A stretch of DNA of 64,000 nucleotides from positions 47,120,001-47,184,000 of the forward strand of contig OZ024742.1 in assembly GCA_964016885.1 (NCBI GenBank). Direction: 5' to 3'. The notes under the pieces are model-generated. The model saw nothing but the letters and a program-made list of their open reading frames with translations. It had not been told where the DNA came from and made no database searches. The DNA comes from Eledone cirrhosa. Lineage: Eukaryota. Both the position numbers and the translations under genes were made by a program. This document shows positions 27,277 through 40,696 of this stretch, one piece after another. Position 1 is the stretch's first letter. The number at the start of each line of letters is the position of its first letter.

Positions 27277-30200
27277 CGCGTGTCTCTCCCGTAATATGTT
27301 ATGTAGTACATACAGCGTTGCATTTAGACTTGCCATTGTTTTTGCCTCCTCTCTTGACATATAAAATCTATATACACTAGTTATACAAACAAGAGAAAGC
27401 ATTTGGCAAGGGCCTCTCTTTTTCGGGTCCTGGGCTAAATGACTTTCACTACAGTGTTATACCTCATGTATAAGGTCATTTCTATATTCTAGGTATGCGC
27501 AACATTTTTACCCCGTAGCCATATTTCAAAACCTCTTTTGTTCAGTAATTTTGGTTTTCATGTGTACCATAATATAGCAATCGGGCAAATAGGGAGAATG
27601 ACAGATAAGCATTCAGCTATGTTTTCATTCAGTTCTTGAAAGAGTTATTCTCTTCTGAATTCGAATATTACATTAGTAACACAGTAATTAAGAAGCCTAA
27701 AACACAAGTCTTTACGTGCAAAAATGTAGAAAGAAAACAAATCAATAAATACTATAAGTCTACTTTAAATGTTCTCCTTAACTTCAGACTGTGTTTAATG
27801 ATAATTGAAAAATATATATGTACAAATCTAGTAGTACGAAGTTTACCCACATCTAGATACCTTTTCTAATTTTTTCCCTGGAAATGAATTGTTGGGAAGA
27901 ATATTTATTACTGCATATTGAAGTATGCTACAATGCTGAGGGGCAAACGAAGAGAAGAGGACTTTTTAGGAGGATCAAAGAATATGTATGTGATTTAATA
28001 AGCTGATGACAAATAGTATCTAATACTATACTGAGAATACATTTAAGGATCAATATACTTTAAATGAAGCAAGTTACAATAATAAAATTACAGGGCAACA
28101 GTTATCGTGCAGCTTTACTTTATTTTCGTTGGATTACTAGACTATATTTCTATGCATATGCATTAAAACTGTCATACAACAATTGAGCTTAATCTATTTC
28201 AAATGGTTTAAAAGTGAAATGCCTTGAACTAATCGAGAAGTAGTAATGTTTTTTTTTTCGGTTGGATACATTTATCAACGTCATACTGTGTCATATAAAT
28301 GAATAGTAAGAACAATTTAATAGAAAAAGGAAAAAAAATAGATTGAGCAGAAAGAATGGAATGTAAAATATAAAACCGGAAAAGGAAGGGAAAGGCAAGG
28401 ACTCTAGTGTCACTAAATAATGAGGATGGGGAAGGGGGAAGGTGATGGACTCTGGGCTTAGGGCGCGGTGGTAGAATCTGAATGTTTAAAGAGAAAAGAA
28501 ACAATATTGTCTACATGTTCTACTCTAACCTTAAGCCGTAGTTTAAAAGAAATTACACATTTAACAATTACAAATTGATATTGCCAAATTTATCGTTAGT
28601 CCACGAAAACAAATTTAAATTATATCAGATTTGTGAGTCCGGAGAGAATATTTAACTTGTGCATCTCATTATCTTAAGTAGCAATTCGTAATGTAATATT
28701 TGATGGTCTAGAGTCTAGACGCTTGGAGTGAGGTGGAACTCAGCCAAACATTTCTAAGGCTCACTGAAATGCTCTCATTGAGACACAAGCAAATGTCTAG
28801 AGTGGTGCCGCAATAACAGGATGCATCAGTTACAAGAACTTGATTGATTGACTGGATGAAAACGAAAACAGGATCTAGAGTATGGGAAGGCCCCAAGCAA
28901 TCAAATTTCCCAGATAATTAACCGAATCTAAGCCATTAGCTTCCAAGGTAAGACTTCAGAAATCTGTCAAGTAACACCGAAATATGAAGTTTTAGGTAAA
29001 CTATCATAGCACAAGATACAAGTTCTACTCTGATCTAATGCGTATTCTCTTAATACCAATGCTGTGCTAGATTATCTACGTATCGTTGAGTAATTTCAAT
29101 TAGGCAAGGGCACTAAAAAGCTAAAGGGTCGTTGTATTGCCTATATCTGCTGATAATTCTTTTGTAGAATCTCTGCTATTGAATAGGTAGAATACATAGT
29201 GATGAGGTGAGAAAGTACTTTTATTCTTTTAGTTTAATTAATTAAACATAATATGTTCCCTCGTGGATTTAAAAGAATCTCTGATATGATTTATCTTGCC
29301 TCAGAAAACGAGATTAGCGCCTATACGTTTCTCATGAAATATTCCATCTCAGCATTGTAATTTACAAGTTCACACATCAATTTATAATTTAATATATTAC
29401 ATTAACTATAACATTCTCTTCTCTCTCTCCATCCCACTCTATCTATCTATGTATCTATCTACCCATCTACATATCTCTCTCCCTATCTATTAATCTTTAC
29501 CTGTTTCCCCCACCCCCCAAATCTCCAGATCAAGTCTTCTGCAGTAAACAGAAATACATACGCACTCAATTAACATTCAATATATAGTTTTCTATTTCTT
29601 TCCTTAATGTTCACAGTCTTACTCTTCACCATAGGTCCTTTCATTATTTTCCCTTCTCTTAATGAAATTTGTTTACTCCACGAAGAAGATTTTGTAACTC
29701 TTCATTGTGGTTTTTCAATTTTCATTTCTTTTCTTTCCTTTCTTGGTTTCCTTGATATCTTTTTTAATTTATATACACATATATATAGACAAATTACAGG
29801 GCATTTCCGTGTCTCGCCACTACACTATACAAAGCACCCCAGCCCATTTAAACATACGCATTTTAAAGTTGTGAGAAATCAAATTAGTTTAAAATGAACA
29901 AGTGGTGTTTTCATCCTTTTGGTGTCGATAAAACAAGTAGCAGTCCACTGCTTGGATCGATTCCTCTTCTATATCACTTTCTCATTCTCTGGAAAAATCA
30001 GCTCAGTTCAGTAGGATCTCAGCTGCAGTCTATGATGTTCAATAATGATTCGTTATTTGCCTATAATCCCCAGGAAGCTCTCTGCGGTAGTAAAAAAGTA
30101 GCAGCAAATATTTAACACCATTTATTCAGAGAATGAAAAGTAGCTCAAAGAAATTATCGTCCGGTGACCTAAGTCAAGTGTTTGGAACAGAGTGACTTCC

Positions 30201-30952
30201 ACTACACACATCAAAACACCAGATCGAGGCTTTGAATGGGATTCTCCATACCACTCAAGACCTCAGCATTTATTTTATTTTAATATTCCCATTCTCGCAG
30301 AAATCATTACATGGTCGTGTATTTTAAAAGACATTTGGTTACTATTTCTTGTACGTGATGTTGCTACGTTGAGTTATCATTCCCGGTTAATTTTCAGCTA
30401 TTTAGTATTTTCATTTAAAAACAAAAAGTTTTATTCAGTTCTAAACATTTCCTCGTCTTTTATCTAAATAATTTGACTTCATATCGAACCTGTTGTATTT
30501 TGAATATATTATAGCTATTGTTTCTTATTCTGTTTACATTGAGGATCTTCCTTTGTTGTTGCTCTTCCTCTTCTTGTTTTTCTTAAATATTTTCTTTTGC
30601 CGTCTACCGTTCACATCATATTGTCATTATATTTGTTTAATTTTTTAAAGGTAATTTTTGTTGTTACTGTTATTAATATTATTCATATAATTATAATTAT
30701 AATATTGATTACCTCGTTGCTGCTGCTTCTTTGTTTTCTTTGTTATATATTTTGTTTTATTTTATATATTCCTTAACCTATTGATCATGTTCTGTTACTA
30801 ATATTGTTGATTTCGTTGTCGACGCAGCAGCACCAACAGCAACCACAGCAGCAGCAGCAACAATACCAGCATCAGCAGCAACAGTAGGAGTAGGTGCAAC
30901 AGTTACAGTGGTAGAAATAACATTAGTAGTAGTAGTAATTGCAGCAATTGCT

Positions 30953-30985
<33 letters not shown>

Positions 30986-31948
30986 ATTGTAGTAGTATGT
31001 TTTACTGTTTTTGTTAAATCTATCGCAGCCATGTTGTCGGTATATGGCATCTTATATTTGATAATGGTAAATATCAGACAAATATGAGTAGGATTTTCAA
31101 GATATAACTTTACAACTTTACAAATAAATCCCCCCCCCCCCAAAAAAAAATCGTCATTGTCTGCCATTAATCAATAAATGTATTGTTCTACACACTTTTG
31201 TATAGTAGGTTGTAGGTTCACATATTTTCCAACACACACACACACACACACACACAAGACACACACATACACACACAAACTCACTCACTCACTCACTCAC
31301 ACACACACGACCCCGCCACCTATATATGTTAAGGAGACAGAGCGAGGGATACTTTCTGTTATTACTTCATCCAGCTTGCAATGTTCAAATATATCAGTGA
31401 CAAATAACCTTCTCTTTGATATTTGATTCTCCTTAATTGATGAGATGATGTAGACAGGTATAATGGCTGCTATTTCTAGCGGCACTACGAACCTGTTATA
31501 ATGTACTGATATAATTCTGAAATCCAAAATCTAAAGTTAAATAGACGATGCGAGAGAAACTCTAAATTCTCTAGCATTTATACATTCAATGGTTAATTTA
31601 AACAATGTATATGTATGTTCTTCTGATTTTATAATTTCACAATTTTCTACCAATAGAGAGAGAGAGTCGGCTTCTAACATAGATACAAGATTCTCTCATT
31701 GGAATTTTCAAAACATCAACTAGGTAGATATGTATGCATATGTGCATGCGTGAGCAGGTATGGATGTTATTGTATGTGTGGATGTGTATGTTTTGAGTTA
31801 TTCGTGTGCATTTGCTTTGTATCTGTACGTGTGTACATGCAGTTATTAGATGCAGAATTATGTATGTATTTATTTATGTATGGATTATGTATGTATGTAT
31901 GTATGTATGTATGTATGTATGTATGTATGTATGTATGTATGTATGTAT

Positions 31949-32536
31949 GGTCACCAGATGGTGCTACTGGTAACATGTATCCCAGTACAACCTGTCTCAT
32001 GGTCGGGTCGTTGGTGACTAAATTGGCAACCCCACCAAGGTTTCTTGGTGAGGAGGGTGACTTTGGGAATCCTGCAGGACTAAAAACAAAAACTGTCAAA
32101 GAGCAAAGGAGCTCTTAAGAGTCAATGGCCATCCGAAATCACCGGGAGAGATGACCCCTTAGCCTTTGTCAAGGCAGAATTCTAGGAGAAGGAAAACTCT
32201 GATATAACACCTGCAACCCTGATGGTATCCAATGATGTTGACTTGTTCTTCTTTTTGGTAAATATCATCTTGGTTAAGAGAGTGGGACTGGCTTTGCTCA
32301 CTATAAAAGCTTCACGGCACAGGCATTGCTTTATATCTGGAGATCTCTCTGCACTTGTCACATGTTACCATGGGCCCAGCACTATATGTCAATAATTGTC
32401 ACAAGTGTAGTGTTTGTACCAGAGTTTTCAAGTCGCTGGCTGGACTAAAAAGTCACACTCGTTCAGCGTATCGGTAGGGGTTCTCCTACATGGATATAAA
32501 GTAGTGGCCGTACTCGAAAACGAGTTGGCAGCCACC
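31949..32536 (+). mobile_element. Element-B: ~590 bp non-coding retroposon embedded in (ATGT)n
   Basis: Near-identical inverted copy at 37316-37921. (ATGT)n on both sides. The 5' module is shared with 55955, 58075 and 60570. Confidence 0.85.
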
Positions 32537-32682
32537 ATGTATGTATCTATGTATGTAAGTATGTATGTGTGTATGTATGTATATATATATATATATATAT
32601 AGTTCAGAACTAGCTTCGAAACGGCCGGAGGTCAGCGGTCGGGGTCCTGACTCTTTTCCTATATATATATATATATGTATAT

Positions 32683-33481
32683 ACATAAGTTAAAAAGGCC
32701 ATACAAAGCTGAGACAATGGTTAAGAAGCCATTAACCACCTAAACCAAAAAAGAGAGCAAGCTGAGCTGGTGAAACAAAATAAGATATGATTGAAATATT
32801 TACCCTGACCCACGGGAATGATGTTAAAATCCGATATAGGGTTTCTGCGACACCTAAATCAATAATACTGTGCGCTTATAAAGAATAATAAGCTTTTGGT
32901 ATAATGATCGAACAAGGATATCACTTTCTCAACAGGCATTTTATTCTGCGTGCGCCAGGATCTCACAGTGTTCGAAAGCACATGTAAATTCCAAAGGGGA
33001 GAAAACCCCTAGGTTTGGCAAATGAAATCAGTATGTTTAGTCATTGCAAACACTACATCGTTTGAGAGCTTAATTCATTTTGTGCTATTTTTGCAAATTT
33101 TTGCAATGAATTCATTTGCCAATGAATTCATACTGAATTCATTTTCCAAACCTAGGGGTTTTCTCTCCTTTGCAATTTACATATGCTTTAGCAAACTAGG
33201 AGATCCTGGCGCACTCAGAACAAAATGCCTGTTGAGAAAGTGATATCCTTGTTCGATCATTATACCAAAAGCTTATTATTCTTTATAAGCAGGCAGTATT
33301 ACTGATTTAGGTGTCGCAGAAACCCTATAGCGGATTTTAACATCATTCCCGAGGGTCCGGGTAAATATTTCAATCATATCTTATTTTGTTTCACCCGCTT
33401 AGCTTGCTCACTTTTTTGGCTTAGGTGGTTAATGGCTTCTTAACTATCGTCTCAGGTTTGTATGGCCTTTTTAACTTATGT
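32683..33481. repeat. Long inverted repeat with arms of ~370 bp
   Basis: acataagttaaaaaggccatacaa...ctaggtttggcaaatgaaatcagtatg is reverse-complemented with scattered mismatches at ~33100-33481. The spacer is ~50 bp. Confidence 0.92.
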
Positions 33482-33589
33482 TTATAGCTCTGGTATCTTC
33501 ATATCCATTGAGTGCTCGCCAACACAATTCTGAAGTTGCGATTGGCTAATTTCACCTCGCCCAAATGCGATTCTCGCTAAATTTATACT

Positions 33590-33640
<51 letters not shown>

Positions 33641-33656
33641 TAAAATAACAGATTAA

Positions 33657-33707
33657 AGTTTAAGCAAAGAATCGCTGCTTTCACCCTTAACGGGATCTTC
33701 TGAAACT
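33657..33707 (-). ncRNA. Hammerhead ribozyme with a core substitution (within repeat 33642-33985)
   Basis: AGUUU-CAGAAGA-U CCC GUUAA GGG U-GAAAGCA-..-UGCUU-AAACU. All three stems form; the core has U4 changed to A. Confidence 0.7.
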
Positions 33708-34658
33708 AACAAAGTCAATCTGTAAACGCAGAAGTGGATATTTCAAAAAACATTGCAACCGGAGGAAGACAGGAAGACGATACTTTGGTTCGTGGAAACG
33801 TTCGCTGGCAAAGCATGGGAAAAAACGAATAAGATACGTCATTAATAGGAGCGGTGAAAAACAATTACGCGCAAAGACAGAACCACGTTTATTTGCTCTA
33901 CGGTTCTTATATATTTGATATATATTTATTCTTATCGAGCCCTCTTTGGATTTTAGTCTTGAAATTTATTATTATTAATAATTATATATATATATATGTG
34001 TTTGTGTGTGTGTGTGTGTGTGTGTATGATGCATGTAAATATGAGGAAGAATATATTTACACATACAATCATAAACATAGGTTATATATCCCCCCCCGCC
34101 CCCCCAAAAAAACGTGAAATACCTGCCAGGTACATTTGCGGTCATGGAATTCATTTGTATTATTTCAAGTGCGTATCGCCGCCATCACATTACTACTTCT
34201 TTTCGTCAAACATCTATTGTCTTTCCTTATTAATACTCTTTTTATATACCTGCTGCCATTTACAAGCCGTCTTAACTTTAAACGTGAAATATATGCCACG
34301 TTAAATAGATAACAGTTCTGTACCGCAATACAGAATGAATAATACTTCGATGAATCGTTGTTTAACAGACTGAGAACAGCGGGCACAACAGCGATATTTC
34401 CTTCCGGTCGAATACTTTAAATAGGATGTCATTATTTTAGTTAACATTTCTTCGAGCAACAGAAATTTGACGCACCCTATTGATGCTAATATAAAACATT
34501 TTTCTTCTATATAACAAAGCAAGATATCTATTACATTGTCCTGATTTAAAATTTCACGTATATTTATTTCAAACGAAAGCGTTATATCTATAAACATATG
34601 CACACAAACAAACACACGCACTCTCAGAATCTGTATGAGTTATATGTATATATATATT

Positions 34659-34748
<90 letters not shown>

Positions 34749-35065
34749 CACATATATATGTATGTGTGTGTGTGTGTGTGGGGGGGGGTATGTTTGTGTG
34801 ATACAGAATATTGCTTTAGTTAAGAAGTCGGTTTTAAAGTATTACCTTGTATCCCGCAGTTAGAGTGCAGGCAGGAGGTATATGAACAATACCGCTGCTG
34901 ATGATGATGATGATGATCATGATGATGATATTGATGATCATGATGAGGATTCTGCTGATGTTGGCGCTGAAGTTAATGATGAAGGTGACGATTATGATGA
35001 AGTTAATGTTGATGATGATAATGCTGCTGCTGTCGTTATTGATGTAGTTGTTGTTGATGATAATT

Positions 35066-35190
35066 GTATTACTGGTACTTTATTTTATCGACCCCCGTAA
35101 GGATGAAAGGCAAAGTCCACCTCGGCGGGATTTGAACCAAGACCATAAAGGGCCGTAACTCTTTGCTGCAAAGCATGGCGTTCGACCCTC
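35066..35190 (-). mobile_element. SINE-A internal fragment
   Basis: tactggtactttattttatcgaccccgtaaggatgaaaggcaaagtccacctcggcgggatttgaac. Confidence 0.85.
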
Positions 35191-35195
35191 TATAA

Positions 35196-35676
35196 CATTG
35201 GTTCCCAACCAGGGTACTATGGCCCACCAGTGGGCCATAGCTAGTAACTGGGGGAGTCACGGGAATTAACTAAAAATCACAAAATTTCATACATAAAAAA
35301 GAAGAGTAGTTTCCTAACATAATTTTTTCTTTTTCTTGCTTCAAATTTTTATATTCGACTTTTTATCAACTTTCTACCTTTTCTAATTATGATTTCACTT
35401 CACTTGATAATTATTTAAATCTGGATATAACAATTTATGTTTTAGTAAATAAACTTAGTAAAGAAACTTATTTTTATACCAGGATATATATTATTTATTT
35501 TAGTAAATTTTAGTAAAGTTTATAATAAATTTAAAAAGATTTGATTGAAATAAAAAGACATGCCGACATTTTTTCTACATAAAAATATTATATCAAAAAT
35601 TTTAATTTTTTGGGGAGCCATACTGTTTTGCTATATCATTAAGGTGGAATTTATTATAAAAGGTTGGGAACCGCTG
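35196..35676. mobile_element. Non-autonomous hAT (Charlie-like) element
   Basis: TIRs cattggttcccaacc / ggttgggaaccgctg. Perfect 8-bp TSD ctctataa at 35188-35195 and 35677-35684. Confidence 0.9.
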
Positions 35677-36099
35677 CTCTATAATGATGGTTGTCGTGGT
35701 GTTGTTGAAATCGATGTTGATAATCCGAAAGGAAACAATTAGAAAAGAACCAACGCAAGAAAGAATAACAATTGTGAGGAGCTGAAGAGAAAGGGTGAAG
35801 ATGGGATGAGGCGGAGGAGGTGCAGGACGATGATGAGGAAGAATTATTGAAGATAAATATAGGATTATATCTTACTACATATATATTTCACAATCATATG
35901 TTTATACGCCTCTCTCTCTCCCCTCTCTTTCTCTCTCTCTCTCTCGCTCTCGCTCTCGCTCTCTCTCTCTCTATATATATATATATGATTCCAGTTCCTC
36001 AGTGAAATAACAACCCAATCAGGAACTGGGCATATCAGAGTATTGACAAAATTATACTCCTGAACAACATATGTACTTGTCTATACTACACTAATTCAA

Positions 36100-36154
36100 A
36101 CTGCCTGAAGAGGTCACAGCCAAAGATGGCTGTCAGTGAAATATATATAGCAGT
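36100..36154 (+). ncRNA. Type I minimal hammerhead ribozyme
   Basis: ACUGC-CUGAAGA-G..ACAGCCA AAGA UGGCUGU..U-GAAA-UAUAUAUA-GCAGU. Confidence 0.88.
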
Positions 36155-36268
36155 AATAAACGAAGCTAAATTTTAAACATTTGACTTTTTATTTAACTTT
36201 ATTTTATATATATATATATATACCATCAAAACTATACACACAGAGCTGGCATATCTAAGAACTGACTA

Positions 36269-36324
36269 ACTGCCTGATGAGGTCATAGCCATTCAATGGC
36301 TATCATCGAAATATATATAGCAGT
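36269..36324 (+). ncRNA. Type I minimal hammerhead ribozyme
   Basis: ACUGC-CUGAUGA-G..AUAGCCA UUCAA UGGCUAU..C-GAAA-UAUAUAUA-GCAGU. Stem II shows a compensatory C-G to U-A change relative to 36100. Confidence 0.9.
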
Positions 36325-36352
36325 AAATAAAGGATTATGACTTAAAGTTTCG

Positions 36353-36395
<43 letters not shown>

Positions 36396-36676
36396 CACTA
36401 AACCCACCAAATAATCCTTATAAGAACACACAACCACCCACAAACATACTCTGTGCTTACATGCTCTCACTTATCCTTATTTCTTTCTTTATATCTTCCA
36501 TTTTCTTATTTTCTTACTTTTTTAATGTATCCTATCTTATCTTTTACTTTTTACTTTTTACATCTGTAACTTCTCTACTTATTTACCATATATATTTTAT
36601 TATTGATGTTATTGTTTTGATTATACGCTATTATTCTATATAAGTCTTGCCTCGAGTGAATTATTTTTATATGTAC

Positions 36677-36787
36677 GTACTCTGATCTGTTGATCAGAGG
36701 TAAATAATGTATTGGAGATCGAGCGACGCAACTTCAAGCGATTACCGACCTCTAAACTCATCTGATCAATGAAACAATTGTCAGTAC
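36677..36787 (+). ncRNA. Hammerhead-like motif with a long stem II and altered core
   Basis: GUACU-CUGAUCU-G UUGAUCAGA...UCUGAUCAA U-GAAACAAUUGUC-AGUAC. The stems are intact; the core reads CU where GA is expected. Confidence 0.6.
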
Positions 36788-37315
36788 TTTAAATAAAGCC
36801 CCTTGTTGTACAGCCAACCATGTTACTCTTCATTCTTTCACTATATATATATGAATTTATATGCAGTAGTGAGGCTCTGATATATCGTGTTGGAGACGTA
36901 ACCGCGGTTGCATATTAAAAGATATACGAAATGTTCATGTAGATAAATATGCTTGTTGCCTGGCTATGACATGAAATTGTTATGATCATGTCACAGCTAT
37001 TCATACCACCAAGGGAGATGACACTAACGTCATCGTTTCTAGTTGCTTAACCGTCGTCCTTTAAAAGCTTACAATTTTAAAATTATTTAGTCTTAGCTGC
37101 CAAAGGAGTAAGTCTCTCTGACGACGGCTAAAGAACCAGTAACAATATCGTCCGAGTGATCTAGCTTTATTGCTAAGAGTAGCAATGCGATGGTCAGAAC
37201 TTTTAAAAAAATTCATAGCGAGACTACAAGTACGTTTATTTACATAAACCTTTCGTTTATTTTTCATTATACAAGTTCGGTCATATATATATATACATAC
37301 ATACATTCATAGATA

Positions 37316-37921
37316 GTGGCTGCCAACTCGTTTTCGAGTACGGCCACTACTTTATACCCATGTAGGAGAACCCCTACTGATGCGCTGAACGAGTGTGACT
37401 TTTTAGTCCAGCCAGCGAATTGAAAACTCTGGTACAAACACTACAGTTGTGACAATTATTGACATATAGTACTGGGCCCATGGTGCCATGTGACGACAAG
37501 TGCAGAGAGATCTTCAGATATAAAGCAATGCCTGTGCCGTGAAGCTTTTATAGTGAGCAAAGGCACTCCACAAAGCCAGTCCCATTCTCTTAACCAAGAT
37601 GATATTTACCAAAAAGAAAAACAAGTCAACATCATTGGATACCATCAGGGTTGCAGGTGTTATATCAAAGTTTTCCTACTCCTAGAATTCTGCCTTGACA
37701 AAAGCTAAGGGGTCATCTCTCCCGGTGATTTCGGATGGCCATTGACTCTTAAGAGCTCCTTTGCTCTTTGACAGGTTTTGTTTTTAGTCCTGCAGGATGT
37801 CCAAAGTCCCCCTCCTCACCAAGAAACCTTGGTGGGTTGCCAGTTTAGTCGCCAACGACCCGACCATGATACAGGTTGTACTGGGATACATGTTCCCAGT
37901 AGCACCAACTGGTGACCTGAC
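37316..37921 (-). mobile_element. Element-B copy
   Basis: Reverse complement of 31949-32536 with few differences. (TACA)n flanks. Confidence 0.85.
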
Positions 37922-38161
37922 ATTATATATACATACATACATACATATATATATATATAAGTATGTATACGTACATACATATATGTATACAGATGTACAG
38001 TAGTATGTATATATATATACATACATGAACACATATATATGTACGTATCGATTCACGGATCATTTATTATAATGCTCGGTGTGTTTGTAAACAAACATCC
38101 CGTATTAAGCCGTAGTGTCTAGCAACCATCGTTGCTCGTTTGTTCAACACTGACAAAGGAA

Positions 38162-38202
38162 CGCTGTACTAGTTTCAAGCTTATTAGCTATCGTCAGCAA
38201 CG
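38162..38202 (-). ncRNA. Type I minimal hammerhead ribozyme
   Basis: CGUUG-CUGACGA-U AGCU AAUA AGCU U-GAAACUAGUA-CAGCG, with palindromic stem III ACUAGU. Confidence 0.85.
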
Positions 38203-38287
38203 TATACCTTCCTGCCAGCATATATATATATATATATGTATATATATAAGCATATATATATATATAAGCATATATATATATATATAT

Positions 38288-38408
38288 ATATAGATGAGAT
38301 TCTACAGGACTAGAACTGTTTCATTCATTAGAAATCATCAGGAATCAGGGATTCCTGATGATTTCTAATGAATGAAACAGTTCTAGTCCTGTAGAATCTC
38401 ATCTATAT
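38288..38408. ncRNA. Fold-back palindrome with a hammerhead on each strand (38298-38346 minus; 38350-38398 plus)
   Basis: Perfect ~59-bp arms with a 3-nt spacer agg. Each arm reads GAUUC-CUGAUGA-..-GAAACAG..CUGUA-GAAUC. Confidence 0.88.
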
Positions 38409-38529
38409 TAAAAGTACCTTACTTACTGTGGTTACCTCCGATTCAACCCGGAATAACGTATGTATAAATATATATATATATATATATACAATCACGTGAA
38501 TGTGTGTGTTTGTACATATATGTACATAT

Positions 38530-38758
38530 AGAGTAAAGGGTAAAGACCCCCTTCCGTCACGAATGTCCATATGATTTGTATATAAAATGCTCCCCTTCGA
38601 GGCACAAGTCTGAGCAAGATTGTTTTGGAAGACCATAGTCACACATGCATGCCAGTGTCACTCTCTTGCTCAAACACAGCACATGACACACTCCGAGAAT
38701 CGAACTCACAATTTCCCGTTTGCAAGCCCAACTCTCTAACCACTATGTCATGCGACCT
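38530..38758 (-). mobile_element. tRNA-derived SINE, internally deleted
   Basis: The minus strand starts with a tRNA-like head (atagtggttagagag..gagttcgattc) and ends gggggtctttaccctttac. Confidence 0.7.
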
Positions 38759-39692
38759 TACATATATATGTGTACTGACTTCCAATGAGGAACAACATTT
38801 TCATGAGAAATCAAAGAATATATATTATGTGTCTTCCAGCGATGTGAAACTTTATTGATTAGGTTTTACCTCTAAAGGCTGCATTTTCTACTGAAAAGGA
38901 TGGATAAAGAGGTCTTTGTAGTTTTAAGAAATGGCATCGTATGTTTGAAGAAATTGCATAGTCAGTTTATATCAAAGAACATCGATACATTTTCATCCAA
39001 ATGAACCTAGGGTGGAGTATTGATTCCATGTTATGCTCCATAAATAGATCACCCATGTGTGTCGTCGAGAATATATTAAATGCTTTAATATTGCATTACC
39101 CTTTTTCTTAAAATGCATAGTTAATCAAACGAAACTTTCATAGATTCTCTCTTCGATAGAGCTCTTCGCAGGCGATGAATAGCGCAGTCTCTGTAGCGGT
39201 GTTTAGGATATATCAAATACCCTTTAAATAATACCCTGTAATATTTAGTTTCATTTATTTCGTCCTCCTGAAGTCAGTAAACTATCCACGTACAGACTGG
39301 AATCAAAAGCACTATTCTGGTCTCATGGCCTGCTTTACAAAGCAACTAATTCTCCCTCAATTCACCCCAACCCTAATCATGTTAAAGAATGGAATTATAT
39401 ATTGTATTATAGTCATAGAAATTCAAAAATCATAAGCGATGCTGAGCGCATTTCGATCAGTAACACTCACCAATGAAATAGTTCTGAGTTTATAGTGCCT
39501 CTACTGCTTATGGTACAAGACACTACATACATATGGGAAGGTATAGGTATAGCAAAGTTGACTGTGCCAGTGAGAGAGAGAGGGTGAGAGAGAGACAGAG
39601 AGAGAGTGGAGTGAGAAAGGGGGAAAGAGAGAAGAGAAAGAGGAGAGAGAGAGAGAGAGAGGGAGGGAGTGAGTAGTAGCGAGAGAAGAGAA

Positions 39693-39791
<99 letters not shown>

Positions 39792-40155
39792 GTTTCTGGT
39801 TACATGTATTGATTTCAAAAGCCCATTAATGTTATACACCCAGTTAGAGAATCAGTAGCAAAGAGACGAAGGTACGAACCACCCAAGAAAATGCCAATAT
39901 TCTTGATATATGAGTGTCATAGTGTAAACTTTATCATTTGGGCCAAATTCAGATGACTTTTTATATCCTTTCAAAAGAAAATAACGGACTAACGAAGAAT
40001 AAACTCATTCTAGTTGATATTAGTAATGATCGTGATTATTATGGAGTTGATGTGGCTTATGTTGAGGATAATGAAGACGACAATGTTGAGGCTAATTATG
40101 AAGACGGGTGTAGTGAAGAAGATGATGAATGCGTGCTGTTAATGTTTGGTATCGA

Positions 40156-40247
<92 letters not shown>

Positions 40248-40284
40248 ATGTGCTTGCCTGTGATTATTTATGTATGCATGTATG

Positions 40285-40320
<36 letters not shown>

Positions 40321-40696
40321 AAAGATAATACACGAGAGAGAGTGTGTGTTTAACAATGTACAGTTTATGACTCCGTTAATTTATTTTGATATATATATAT
40401 ATATGTGAGTGTTTGTGTGTGTGTATATGTGTGTGTGAGTGTGTGTGAGTGTGTGTATGTAAATGGGTGTGTGTGTGTGTGTGTGTTCTGTGTGTGCATT
40501 TATCTATATATGTGTCCGAATCGTTAAGAGTCTTTTACTACTACATCAAGTGTTCAACTGATAAATTTCTTCATTGTAGTGTCTTTTGTTTTGTTATTTC
40601 TGTTTACGTCTGGCACAAAAACACCTCCAAAGACACATACACACACACACACACACGAACACACATATACACACATACACACATATATATATATAT

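Noticed and set aside
30778-31167. 129-aa Thr/Ala-rich ORF; also acidic ORFs at 34882-35100 and 39938-40408
   Set aside because: Built from decayed trinucleotide repeats and SINE sequence, with no domain or splice support.
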